This document shows, piece after piece, positions 15,422 to 24,018 of a stretch of DNA of 32,000 nt. Location of the stretch: NCBI RefSeq assembly GCF_009184905.1, contig NZ_WESC01000001.1:268679-300678 (forward strand). Reading direction: 5' to 3'. Both the position numbers and the translations under genes were made by a program. This stretch comes from Parvibaculum sedimenti. Lineage in GTDB: Bacteria > Pseudomonadota > Alphaproteobacteria > Parvibaculales > Parvibaculaceae. Below the pieces are notes generated by a model. It had not been told where the DNA came from. It made no database searches and saw nothing but the letters and a program-made list of their open reading frames with translations. Each line of letters opens with the position of its first letter. Position 1 is the first letter of the stretch.

Positions 15422-17822
15422 CGTCCGCCTCGCGGCCGTGGGTGGGCGACAGGTGCGCGCCGAGCTGGAAGGTGTCGGCGAGGCCGGGTCGCGTGGCTTT
15501 GGCCGTCTCAGCCGGGAGATGGAAGCGGCGAACGCCCGGCTCGCAGCCTTCTCGCGCCGGGTTCGCGTGGCCTCCGCTGCCGCAGTTGCAGCCGCAACCG
15601 CCGCTGGCGTGGCGATGATCCGCTCCGGGCTGCAGACCGTCGATGCGCAGGCGAAGCTGGCGCAGTCGCTTGGCACCACGGTTGCCTCGATCCAGACGCT
15701 GGAGCGGGCGGGTGAGCTGGCGGGCGTGTCGATGTCCGGCATCGAGCAGGCCACGAAGGATCTGACGCGCCGTCTCAGCCAGGCAGCCGCCGGGAGCGGC
15801 CCGGCCGCCGACGCGCTCGACCGGCTGGGGCTTTCGGCCAACGAGCTGATCGCGCTGCCGCTGGACCAGCGGGTGGGCGCCATCAACGCCGCCATCGAGA
15901 ACTTCGTGCCTGCCGCCGAACGCGCCGCCGTGGCGGGCCAGCTTTTCGGCGAAGAAGGCTCGATCGCCATGTCGCGGATCGACACCGCGACGCTACGCCA
16001 GGCGACCGAGGACGTCCTCGCGTTCGGAGTGGTCGTCTCCGAACAGGACGCCGACCAGATCGAGCGGACGAACGACGCCATCTCCCGGCTCGGGCTGATC
16101 TGGCGCGGGCTGTCGAACCAGCTTGCCGTCGCAGCGGCTCCGGCGCTGGAAGCCGTCGCCAACGCCATGGCGGCGGTCGCCAGCCGCACCGGCCCGCTTG
16201 GCATCGCGATCCGGGGTCTCTTCGACAACATCGGTCGCCTGACCATCTATGCCGGGACCTTCGCGGCCTTCCTTGCGGGCCGCTGGGTCGCTGGCATGGC
16301 CGCTGCCGCGCTCTCGGTCCGTGGCCTCGCCACGGCGCTGGTCGTCCTGCGTGGGGCGCTGATCCGTACCGGTATCGGCGCGCTGATCGTCGGCGCGGGC
16401 GAGCTCGTCTACCAGTTCACCCGTCTCGTCTCCGGCGCGGGCGGTTTCGGAGAAGCGATGTCGCTCCTGAAGGACCTCGCGGTCGAGGTCTGGGAACGCA
16501 TCAGGATGGGCGCCGCAGCGGCGGGTGCCGCCGCCACGGCGATGTTCTTCGACCTGAAGGCCGATGCGGCGTCGGGCATGCAGAGCGCCATCGAGAGCGT
16601 CGTCGGTTTCGGGAATACGGCCGCGAACACCTTCGAGGGCGCCTACGAGGCGATCAAGGCGATCTGGGGTCTGCTGCCTGCCGCTATCGGCGATCTGGCG
16701 TTCCAGTCGGCCAACAGCCTCGTCGACGGCGTCGAGGCGATGCTGAACGGGGTGGTCTCGCGCATCAACGGCTTCATCGGCGGCATCAACCAGGGGCTGG
16801 AAGCCCTCGGGTCGGAGCGGCGCATCTCGCTGGTGCCCGACCTCGACCTCGGCGAGATCGAGAACCGCTTCGAAGGGGCGGCGACAGCCGCAACCATTGC
16901 GGCGCAGGCGGCGTTCGACCGGGCCTTCGAGGATAACCCTCTTACCGCACCCGATCTCGGACTCACGGAGGCGGCGAACCGGGCACTCGAGTCTGCGAAT
17001 GTCTACCGTGGCGCGGCGCGCGATCTGGCCGAAGGAGCCCGCGCACCGCTCGAAAGCTGGCAGGCGCTGCGCGATGCCGTGCGCGGCACCGACGAGGCGA
17101 GCGCGGATGCCCTGACCGAGGCCACGGGTGCTGCCGAGCGGTTGGAGACGGCGCTTGGTGAAGCCGGGCGCGCCGCGACGGGGGCTGGTGCGGCTGCCGG
17201 GGCTGCTGCTGCGGCGGCGGAGCCCGCGACCGAAGCCGCCGTCACCGGCTGGCAGGCCGTCACGGCGGCGCTATCGGACTACGCCAGCAAGGCCCGCGAG
17301 ATTGGCGGCGATATTGGCCAGAGCCTCGTGAGCGCCTTCCAGTCGGCCGAGAACGCCGTCGGCCAGTTCGTGAAGACCGGCAAGCTGAACTTCCGCGATC
17401 TGGTCACCTCGCTGCTGGCCGATCTCGCCCAGCTGGCGGCGCGGCGCTTCATCCTCGGGCCGATCGCAAACGCGCTCTCCGGCGTGTTCTCCGGGGCGGG
17501 CGGCATCTTCGCCAGCGTCCTGCATGCGGGCGGGATGGTGGGGTCCGCGGGGCCGTCGCGAATGGTCCCGGCCATGGCCTTTGCCGCCGCGCCCCGCATG
17601 CATTCCGGCGGCATGGCCGGCCTCCGCCACGACGAGGTGCCCGCGATCCTGCAGCGGGGCGAGCGGGTGCTGTCACGTCGCGAGGCGCAGGCCTACGGCG
17701 CGGGCGGCGGGGTCAACGTCACCATCATGGCCCGCGACGCCGAGAGCTTCCGGCAATCGCGCACGCAGGTCGCCGCCGATATCGCGCGCGCGGTGGCTTA
17801 CGGCTCGCGCAGGGGGTCGTGA
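15402..17822 (+). CDS. Tape measure protein
   Basis: 806 aa, Ala/Gly-rich and helical, with hydrophobic central segments (TFAAFLAGRWVAGMAAAALSV...IGALIVGAGELVY). Position is after the chaperone pair. Confidence 0.85.
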   Translation: MAEKRVSVRLAAVGGRQVRAELEGVGEAGSRGFGRLSREMEAANARLAAFSRRVRVASAAAVAAATAAGVAMIRSGLQTVDAQAKLAQSLGTTVASIQTLERAGELAGVSMSGIEQATKDLTRRLSQAAAGSGPAADALDRLGLSANELIALPLDQRVGAINAAIENFVPAAERAAVAGQLFGEEGSIAMSRIDTATLRQATEDVLAFGVVVSEQDADQIERTNDAISRLGLIWRGLSNQLAVAAAPALEAVANAMAAVASRTGPLGIAIRGLFDNIGRLTIYAGTFAAFLAGRWVAGMAAAALSVRGLATALVVLRGALIRTGIGALIVGAGELVYQFTRLVSGAGGFGEAMSLLKDLAVEVWERIRMGAAAAGAAATAMFFDLKADAASGMQSAIESVVGFGNTAANTFEGAYEAIKAIWGLLPAAIGDLAFQSANSLVDGVEAMLNGVVSRINGFIGGINQGLEALGSERRISLVPDLDLGEIENRFEGAATAATIAAQAAFDRAFEDNPLTAPDLGLTEAANRALESANVYRGAARDLAEGARAPLESWQALRDAVRGTDEASADALTEATGAAERLETALGEAGRAATGAGAAAGAAAAAAEPATEAAVTGWQAVTAALSDYASKAREIGGDIGQSLVSAFQSAENAVGQFVKTGKLNFRDLVTSLLADLAQLAARRFILGPIANALSGVFSGAGGIFASVLHAGGMVGSAGPSRMVPAMAFAAAPRMHSGGMAGLRHDEVPAILQRGERVLSRREAQAYGAGGGVNVTIMARDAESFRQSRTQVAADIARAVAYGSRRGS

Positions 17823-18103
17823 TGGTCAAGGCGGTGCTCGTTGACGATATCGACGGTGCCGCGGGACAGCGGCCGGGCGCCTACGAAATCGTGTCCAATC
17901 GCGAAGCCGGCACCGCGGGCATGGCCTTCCGATGCCCCTGCGGTTGCGGGAGCGAGGGCAATCTCCCGTTCAGGCCGGAGCCATCCCCTTCCTGGAACTG
18001 GAACGGAAACGAGGCATCGCCAACGCTTACGCCAAGTGTCCGGTGGGTCGGGGGCTGCCGGTGGCACGGCTGGCTCACCGATGGCGAATGGAGGGCTTGC
18101 TGA
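17819..18103 (+). CDS. Small Cys-rich (zinc-binding-like) protein, DUF6527-like
   Basis: 94 aa with FRCPCGCG...WNWNGNEASPTLTPSV...GGCRWHGWLTDGEW. Its start overlaps the tape-measure stop and its stop overlaps the start of the next gene. Confidence 0.55.
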   Translation: MMVKAVLVDDIDGAAGQRPGAYEIVSNREAGTAGMAFRCPCGCGSEGNLPFRPEPSPSWNWNGNEASPTLTPSVRWVGGCRWHGWLTDGEWRAC

Positions 18104-18729
18104 TGGCGTTCCACGAAATCCGCTTCCCCGACAATATCAGCCGGGGCGCTCGCGGTGGCCCGGAACGGCGAACGCAAATAGTGGAATTGGCGTCGGGGGA
18201 CGAAGAACGCAACGGCGCATGGGCCGGCAGCCGGCGCCGCTACGACGCCAGCTATGGTGTTCGCCGCGCGGACGATCTGGCGGCGGTGGTCGCCTTCTTC
18301 GAAGCGCGCAATGGACGGCTCTACGGATTCCGCTGGAAGGATTGGGCCGATTACAAATCCTGCCTTCCCAGCGGGCAACCCGCCATCGGGGACCAACTGA
18401 TCGGGGTAGGCGACGGCGAAACCGTCGAATTCCAGTTGGCGAAAAGCTACGCCAGCGGCGCGCAATCCTACAGCCGCCCCATCACCAAGCCGGTCCTGGG
18501 TACAAGCGTCATCGCGCTCGATGCCGTGGAACAGGTAGCGGGCTGGGCGGTGAACACGGCCACCGGCATCGTCACCTTCGACACCGCGCCCGCCGAGGGC
18601 GTGCTCGTCACGGCGGGTTTCGAATTCGACGTGCCTGTCCGTTTCGATACGGATCAACTGGACGTTACGCTCGATATCGAGCGCCTCGGCTCCATCACCT
18701 CCATTCCTCTGATCGAGATCAAGCGATGA
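18103..18729 (+). CDS. Distal tail protein, DUF2460 / RcGTA g12-like
   Basis: Listed ORF 17932..18729 trimmed to ATG 18103 (TGATG overlap). MAFHEIRFPDNISRGARGGPERRTQIV...GFRWKDWADY is the signature of the GTA TIGR02217-type family. Confidence 0.85.
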   Translation: MAFHEIRFPDNISRGARGGPERRTQIVELASGDEERNGAWAGSRRRYDASYGVRRADDLAAVVAFFEARNGRLYGFRWKDWADYKSCLPSGQPAIGDQLIGVGDGETVEFQLAKSYASGAQSYSRPITKPVLGTSVIALDAVEQVAGWAVNTATGIVTFDTAPAEGVLVTAGFEFDVPVRFDTDQLDVTLDIERLGSITSIPLIEIKR

Positions 18730-19613
18730 AGGCTTTGCCCGCCGCACTGCAAGCGCATCTGGATAGCGGCACCACCACCCTTGCCTGGTGCTGGCGCGTC
18801 GAACGCGCCGATGGCGAGGTCTTCGGGTTTACAGATCACGACCGCGCGATCTCCTTCGGCGGCACCGATTACGAGCCGGAAAGCGGTTTCAGCGCATCGG
18901 AGATCCGCGCGGGCTCGCAATTGGCGGTCGACGCCCAGGACGCCGAAGGGGCCCTTACGTCCGATCGCATCCAGGAAACGGATATCCTGGACGGCCGCTG
19001 GGATAATGCCGCAATCGAGGTTTGGCGGGTGAACTGGACCGCGCCCGCGCAGCGCGTTTTGATGCGGCGCGGGAATATCGGCGAGATCCGGCGAGGCAAG
19101 GTCTCCTTCATAACGGAGGTCCGTTCCCTTTCGCATGTGCTGAACCAGACGGTTGGGCGCACCTTTCAGTATTATTGCGATGCCGCGCTGGGCGATGGCC
19201 GCTGCGGCATCGATCTTGACGCCCCGGCTTTTCGCGGTGCCGGCGAAATCACGGCGGTTACGGCCGATCGCGTTTTCGAGGCTTCCGGCCTTGGCGGCTT
19301 CGCCGATGGCTGGTTCAGCATGGGCCATGTTGAATGGCTTACCGGCGCCAACGCCGGCCGCCGCGCGGAAGTCGCCGCGCACGGCTTTTCCGGCGGCACG
19401 GCGACGGTGGAGCTCGCGGAAGCCCCCGTGCGCCCGTTGGAAACCGGGGATCAGTTTTATATCCGCGCCGGTTGCGACAAGCAGATCGGCACCTGCCGGG
19501 CAAAGTTCGCCAACGTCGCGAACTTCCGCGGCTTTCCGCATATGCCCGGCGATGATGTGGTTATACGCTATCCGAACCGGGGCGACGAAAACAGCGGTGG
19601 AACGCTCCGATAA
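18726..19613 (+). CDS. Tail hub protein, DUF2163 + BR0599-type C-terminus / RcGTA g13-like
   Basis: Only the C-terminal 295 codons of the listed 590-aa ORF look real. ATG 18726 is in an ATGA overlap. LPAALQAHLDSGTTTLAWCWRVERADGEVFGFTDHD...GCDKQIGTCRAKFANVANFRGFPHMPG. Confidence 0.85.
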   Translation: MKALPAALQAHLDSGTTTLAWCWRVERADGEVFGFTDHDRAISFGGTDYEPESGFSASEIRAGSQLAVDAQDAEGALTSDRIQETDILDGRWDNAAIEVWRVNWTAPAQRVLMRRGNIGEIRRGKVSFITEVRSLSHVLNQTVGRTFQYYCDAALGDGRCGIDLDAPAFRGAGEITAVTADRVFEASGLGGFADGWFSMGHVEWLTGANAGRRAEVAAHGFSGGTATVELAEAPVRPLETGDQFYIRAGCDKQIGTCRAKFANVANFRGFPHMPGDDVVIRYPNRGDENSGGTLR

Positions 19614-19614
19614 A

Positions 19615-20088
19615 ATGATCGAGCAGGCCCGGCATTTCCAAGCCGCCATGGAAGCGGCCGATCCCGCGCGGGTGATCGCCGCCGCGCGCGAATGGATCGG
19701 CACGCCCTATCACGATCAGGCCAGTATCAAGGGAATCGGATGCGATTGCCTGGGCCTGGCGCGTGGCGTTTGGCGCGATGTGGTGGGGCCGGAACCGCAA
19801 CGTGTACCGCCCTACAGCCGCGATTGGGGCGAGGTGGGCAACCGCGAGGTGCTTCTGTCGGGCGCGTTGCGCTGGATGTTGCCTTGCCCGCCGTTCCAAA
19901 GGGCGCCGGGCGATCTGGTGCTGTTCCGCATGCGGCAAGGCGCGATCGCGAAGCATTGCGGGATACTTACCTCCGACTCCCGCTTCGTCCACTCCTATGA
20001 ACGCGGCGGCGTGGTCGAGGCACCCCTGACCGGCGCCTGGCGCCGGCGCATCGCCTTCGCGCTCCGATTCCCGAAAGAGGCCCGATAA
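19615..20088 (+). CDS. NlpC/P60-family cell-wall peptidase, RcGTA g14-like
   Basis: AAREWIGTPYHDQASIKGIGCDCLGLARGVW...GDLVLFRM...AKHCGIL...FVHSYE gives the catalytic Cys/His context. The start could alternatively be GTG 19597. Confidence 0.85.
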   Translation: MIEQARHFQAAMEAADPARVIAAAREWIGTPYHDQASIKGIGCDCLGLARGVWRDVVGPEPQRVPPYSRDWGEVGNREVLLSGALRWMLPCPPFQRAPGDLVLFRMRQGAIAKHCGILTSDSRFVHSYERGGVVEAPLTGAWRRRIAFALRFPKEAR

Positions 20089-20091
20089 CCC

Positions 20092-23000
20092 ATGGCATCG
20101 CTTGTTCTGGGCGCGGTCGGCACCGCCATCGGCGGTTCCATTGGCGGAACGTTCCTCGGCATGTCGGCGGCCACGATCGGCGGCATGATCGGCTCCGGCC
20201 TCGGATCGGTCGTTGACAGCCTGATCGTCGCGGGCATGCAGCCCAACCAGAATATTGTTGGGCAGCGGCTCGAAACCCTGCGGGTAACCACATCGATCGA
20301 GGGCGCCGTCTTGCCGCGCGTATTCGGGCGGATGCGAATTGGCGGCCAGATCATCTGGGCCACCGATTTCCGCGAAGAAACGCGCACGACATCGCAAGGC
20401 GGCGGCAAGGGCGGTGGCGGCGGTAGTGTCAGCGTAACCGAATATATCTACTACGCCTCCTTCGCGGTGGCCCTGTGCGAGGGGCCCATCGCCGGGGTCG
20501 GCCGCATATGGGCCGATGGCAAACCGTTCGATGTGCCCGGCGCTGTTTGGCGCGTCTATCAGGGTACGGAGGATCAGGAGCCCGATTCATGGATCGAGGC
20601 CAAGCAGGGCGCGGGAACCGTGCCCGCGTATCGCGGCACCGCCTATGTGGTCTTCGAGGAACTGCCGCTCGAAAAATTCGGCAATCGTATCCCGCAGCTT
20701 TCGTTCGAGGTTTACCGGCCGGACGATGAAACAGCGTCCAGCGAGCAACTCATTACCGCCGTCAATCTGATCCCCGGGGCCGGCGAATTCGTCTATGAAA
20801 CGGCCCGCCAGCGGGACATTCTTACCGAAACCAGTAGCCGAACCCTGAACAATCACGCCGCGCCGGACAGGACCGACCTTGAGGTGGCGCTGGATCAATT
20901 GGCCGATGTTTGCCCCAACCTTGAATCGGTGGCGCTGGTCGTTGCCTGGTTCGGCGACGATCTACGCGCGGGCGACTGCACCCTTCGCCCCAAGGTCGAA
21001 GTCAATCACCGGATTTCCTTGCCGCACGCATGGAGCGTCGCCGGGATCGGGCGGTCGTCGGCGGCGGTGGTAAGCAGCTTCGACGGCCGCCAGGCGTTCG
21101 GGGGCACCCCTTCCGACGGTTCGGTCGGCCGCGCCATCGCCGCCATCAAGGCGCGCGGCTGGCGCGTGGCCTTCTACCCTTTCGTCATGATGGACATCCC
21201 GCCGGATAACGAATTGCCCGATCCATGGACCGGCGCCGCCGGCCAGCCGGCGTATCCATGGCGTGGCCGGATTACCTGCGATCCCGCGCCGGGGCAGGCG
21301 GGAAGCCCGGACAAGACCTCGGCGGCGGCCACGCAAATCAATTCGTTCTTCGGTTCGGCATCGCCGGGGGCCGGGGAATGGTCGTACCGCCGCATGATCC
21401 TTCACTACGCCAACCTTTGCGACTCGGCCGGCGGCGTGGATGCTTTCCTGATCGGCTCCGAATTGCGCGGGTTGACGCAGGTCCGAAGCAGCGCCTCCGC
21501 CTATCCCGCCGTAACCGCGCTGGCGCAATTGGCCGCCGATGTTCGCGCGATCCTGGGCGCGGGCACCGCGATCAGCTACGCCGCCGACTGGTCCGAATAT
21601 TTCGGGCATCATCCGCAGGACGGAAGCGGCGACGTATATTTCCATCTGGACCCGCTCTGGGCATCCGCGAATATCGATTTCGTCGGCATCGACAACTACA
21701 TGCCGCTTTCGGACTGGCGCGATGGGAACGACCATCTGGACGCGGAAGCCGGCTGGAAATCGATATACGATCCCGACTATCTGCAATCGAACATCGAGGG
21801 CGGCGAGGGCTTCGACTGGTACTATGCCAGCGGCGGCGATCGTGAAACGCAAACCCGCACCGCGATCACCGATGGCGAAGGCAAGCCCTGGGCCTTCCGC
21901 TACAAGGATCTCCGAAGCTGGTGGCAGAACGCGCATTACAACCGGCCCGGGGGCGTTGAAAGCGAAACGCCGACCGCCTGGGCGCCGGAATCCAAGCCGA
22001 TCTGGTTTACCGAAGCGGGCTGCCCGGCGATCGATAAGGGCACGAACCAGCCCAATGTGTTTGTCGATCCCAAATCGGCGGAAAGCACCGCTCCGTACTT
22101 CTCGCGCGGCGAGCGCGACGATTTCATCCAGCGGCGTTATATCGAGTCGCTGATCGGCTACTGGTCCGATCCGGACAACAACCCGGCCTCGACCGAATAT
22201 AGCGGCCGGATGATCGATGCCGCCAACATCCATATCTGGACATGGGACGCGCGGCCCTATCCCTATTTTCCCGGATTGCCGGATGTATGGAGCGATGCCG
22301 AAAACTGGCGCCTGGGCCATTGGATCGCCGGGCGGCTCGGTGCCGCCGGCCTTGGCTCGATCGTTCGCGCGCTGTGCCGCCGCGCCGGGCTGGCGGACGG
22401 GTTGATCGATACGTCGCTGCTGAACGCCACGGTGGCGGGCTACCTGATTCAGGGCATTGAAAGCGCCCGCGCCTCGCTGGGGCCGCTGATGCGCTTTTAC
22501 GCTTTCGACGCGGTGGAAAGCGACGGGCTGATCCGCTTTGTTCCGCGCGGCGGCCAGCCGGTGCTTGAATTCGATTCCGACTCGCTGGTGGCCGCGCCGT
22601 CCCGCCAATCCGACGATCTCATGTTGACGCGCGGCCAGGAAACGGAACTGCCCCTCGCGCTGAAATGGCGGCTTCTTCGGGCGGACGAGGAATATAACGG
22701 CCTTACGGTCGAAGCCCGGCGGATCACCGTCGATACCGCGCGGATTTCAACCGAAAGCTTCTCGATCGCCGGCATGCAAGGCGACGCCGATACCCGCTGC
22801 CGCCGCGCGCTTTATGAAGCCTGGCTGGAACGCGAAACGGCCGCCTTCAGGTTGCCGCCGTCGCGGCTGGCGCTGGACCCTACCGATATCGTGCTGTTAG
22901 CCCATGACGGCCGCTTCATGGAATTCAGGATCGCTTCCGTCGCCGATGGCGAGGCGCGAGGGATCGAGGCGGCGCGGGCCGATGCCGCGATCCATGGCAT

Positions 23001-24009
23001 GCGCCCGGGGCCCGATAGGGTACCTTCCCTGCCTATACCCGTTGGCTACGGCCCGCCGGTGGCGGCGCTGATGAATTTGCCCCGCTTGTCGGACGATGTT
23101 CCGGCGCATCGCCCCTACGCGGCCGTGCTGGCGCAGCCATGGTATGGCCGCAGCGCCATTTATCGCAGCGCGACCCAGGACAATTTCGAGCTGATCGAAA
23201 CGCCCGGTTTGCCCGCACGCATGGGCGAACTGGCCGGGGATTTCTACAGCGGCCCCGTGGCGCGGTTCGATCTGGCGAATGAACTTTGGGTCAGTCTCTA
23301 CTCGGGCCAGTTGAGCAGCGTCTCCGATATCGAACTGTTTGGCGGCGCCAACGCGCTGGCCGTGGAATCAGAAAGCGGCTTTTGGGAAATCGTTCAGTTC
23401 GGCGAAGCTGAACTTGTCGCGCCGGGGCAATACGTGCTGCGGCGCTTGTTGCGCGGCCAGTTGGGAACCGAAAGCGCGATGCGCGCTCCCGCGCCGGAAG
23501 GCGCCCGGGTGGTGGTGCTCGATAGCGCGGTCGTGCCCTTGCCGATTTCCGCCGATACGCTCGGGCTCTCATTCAACTGGCGCTGCGGCCCCGCCGCGCG
23601 GACGCCGGACGATTCCTCCTATGCCGAAATCGTCTTCGCGGCGACGGGCGTCGGCCTGCGGCCCTATTCGGTGGCGCATGTATCGCAACCCTTCCGCTTT
23701 CCGCGCGTGCCGGGCGATCTGGAAATCAGCTGGGTCAGGCGCACGCGCGCCGCGTCGGGCGATAGCTGGCAGGTGGCGTCCGTCCCGCTGGATGAAGACG
23801 CGGAAGCCTATGAAGTCGACATCATCGATGGCGAAACCGTCCTCCGCACCCTCGCCTCGAACCAACCGAGCGTCGTTTATACGGGCGCGCAGCAGACCGC
23901 CGATTGGGGCGCGCCGCTGGGGCCCGGCGATCAGCTCGCGGTCGTCGTCTATCAGATCAGCGCCACCTTCGGACGCGGCGCGCCGAAGGCTGAAACCCTT
24001 TTCTTCTGA
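20092..24009 (+). CDS. Host-specificity / baseplate megaprotein, RcGTA g15-like
   Basis: 1305 aa. Gly-rich N-terminus, then RIGGQIIWATDF, EVYRPDD, and a TIM-barrel-like glycoside-hydrolase-type middle region (FYPFVMMDIPP...IGSELRGLT...WFTEAGCPAIDKGTNQPNVF). Follows the g14-like gene. Confidence 0.9.
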   Translation: MASLVLGAVGTAIGGSIGGTFLGMSAATIGGMIGSGLGSVVDSLIVAGMQPNQNIVGQRLETLRVTTSIEGAVLPRVFGRMRIGGQIIWATDFREETRTTSQGGGKGGGGGSVSVTEYIYYASFAVALCEGPIAGVGRIWADGKPFDVPGAVWRVYQGTEDQEPDSWIEAKQGAGTVPAYRGTAYVVFEELPLEKFGNRIPQLSFEVYRPDDETASSEQLITAVNLIPGAGEFVYETARQRDILTETSSRTLNNHAAPDRTDLEVALDQLADVCPNLESVALVVAWFGDDLRAGDCTLRPKVEVNHRISLPHAWSVAGIGRSSAAVVSSFDGRQAFGGTPSDGSVGRAIAAIKARGWRVAFYPFVMMDIPPDNELPDPWTGAAGQPAYPWRGRITCDPAPGQAGSPDKTSAAATQINSFFGSASPGAGEWSYRRMILHYANLCDSAGGVDAFLIGSELRGLTQVRSSASAYPAVTALAQLAADVRAILGAGTAISYAADWSEYFGHHPQDGSGDVYFHLDPLWASANIDFVGIDNYMPLSDWRDGNDHLDAEAGWKSIYDPDYLQSNIEGGEGFDWYYASGGDRETQTRTAITDGEGKPWAFRYKDLRSWWQNAHYNRPGGVESETPTAWAPESKPIWFTEAGCPAIDKGTNQPNVFVDPKSAESTAPYFSRGERDDFIQRRYIESLIGYWSDPDNNPASTEYSGRMIDAANIHIWTWDARPYPYFPGLPDVWSDAENWRLGHWIAGRLGAAGLGSIVRALCRRAGLADGLIDTSLLNATVAGYLIQGIESARASLGPLMRFYAFDAVESDGLIRFVPRGGQPVLEFDSDSLVAAPSRQSDDLMLTRGQETELPLALKWRLLRADEEYNGLTVEARRITVDTARISTESFSIAGMQGDADTRCRRALYEAWLERETAAFRLPPSRLALDPTDIVLLAHDGRFMEFRIASVADGEARGIEAARADAAIHGMRPGPDRVPSLPIPVGYGPPVAALMNLPRLSDDVPAHRPYAAVLAQPWYGRSAIYRSATQDNFELIETPGLPARMGELAGDFYSGPVARFDLANELWVSLYSGQLSSVSDIELFGGANALAVESESGFWEIVQFGEAELVAPGQYVLRRLLRGQLGTESAMRAPAPEGARVVVLDSAVVPLPISADTLGLSFNWRCGPAARTPDDSSYAEIVFAATGVGLRPYSVAHVSQPFRFPRVPGDLEISWVRRTRAASGDSWQVASVPLDEDAEAYEVDIIDGETVLRTLASNQPSVVYTGAQQTADWGAPLGPGDQLAVVVYQISATFGRGAPKAETLFF

Positions 24010-24018
24010 GGTTTGCCC

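Noticed and set aside
17841-18725. First 295 codons of the 590-aa ORF 17841..19613
   Set aside because: This R/G/P-rich junk overlaps the well-supported DUF6527-like and DUF2460 genes in other frames. The DUF2163 homology starts at ATG 18726, in an ATGA overlap.
20395-20435. Glycine run (QGGGKGGGGGS) in the g15-like gene as a possible repeat or slippage element
   Set aside because: It is a short in-frame low-complexity linker within a continuous ORF, with no repeat structure at the DNA level beyond GGC/GGT codons.
15032-22608. Minus-strand ORFs 15032..16246, 17881..18747, 18654..19703, 19561..20397 and 20962..22608
   Set aside because: All are antisense to well-supported tail genes. The translations are R/G/A/P-rich with no recognisable domains.
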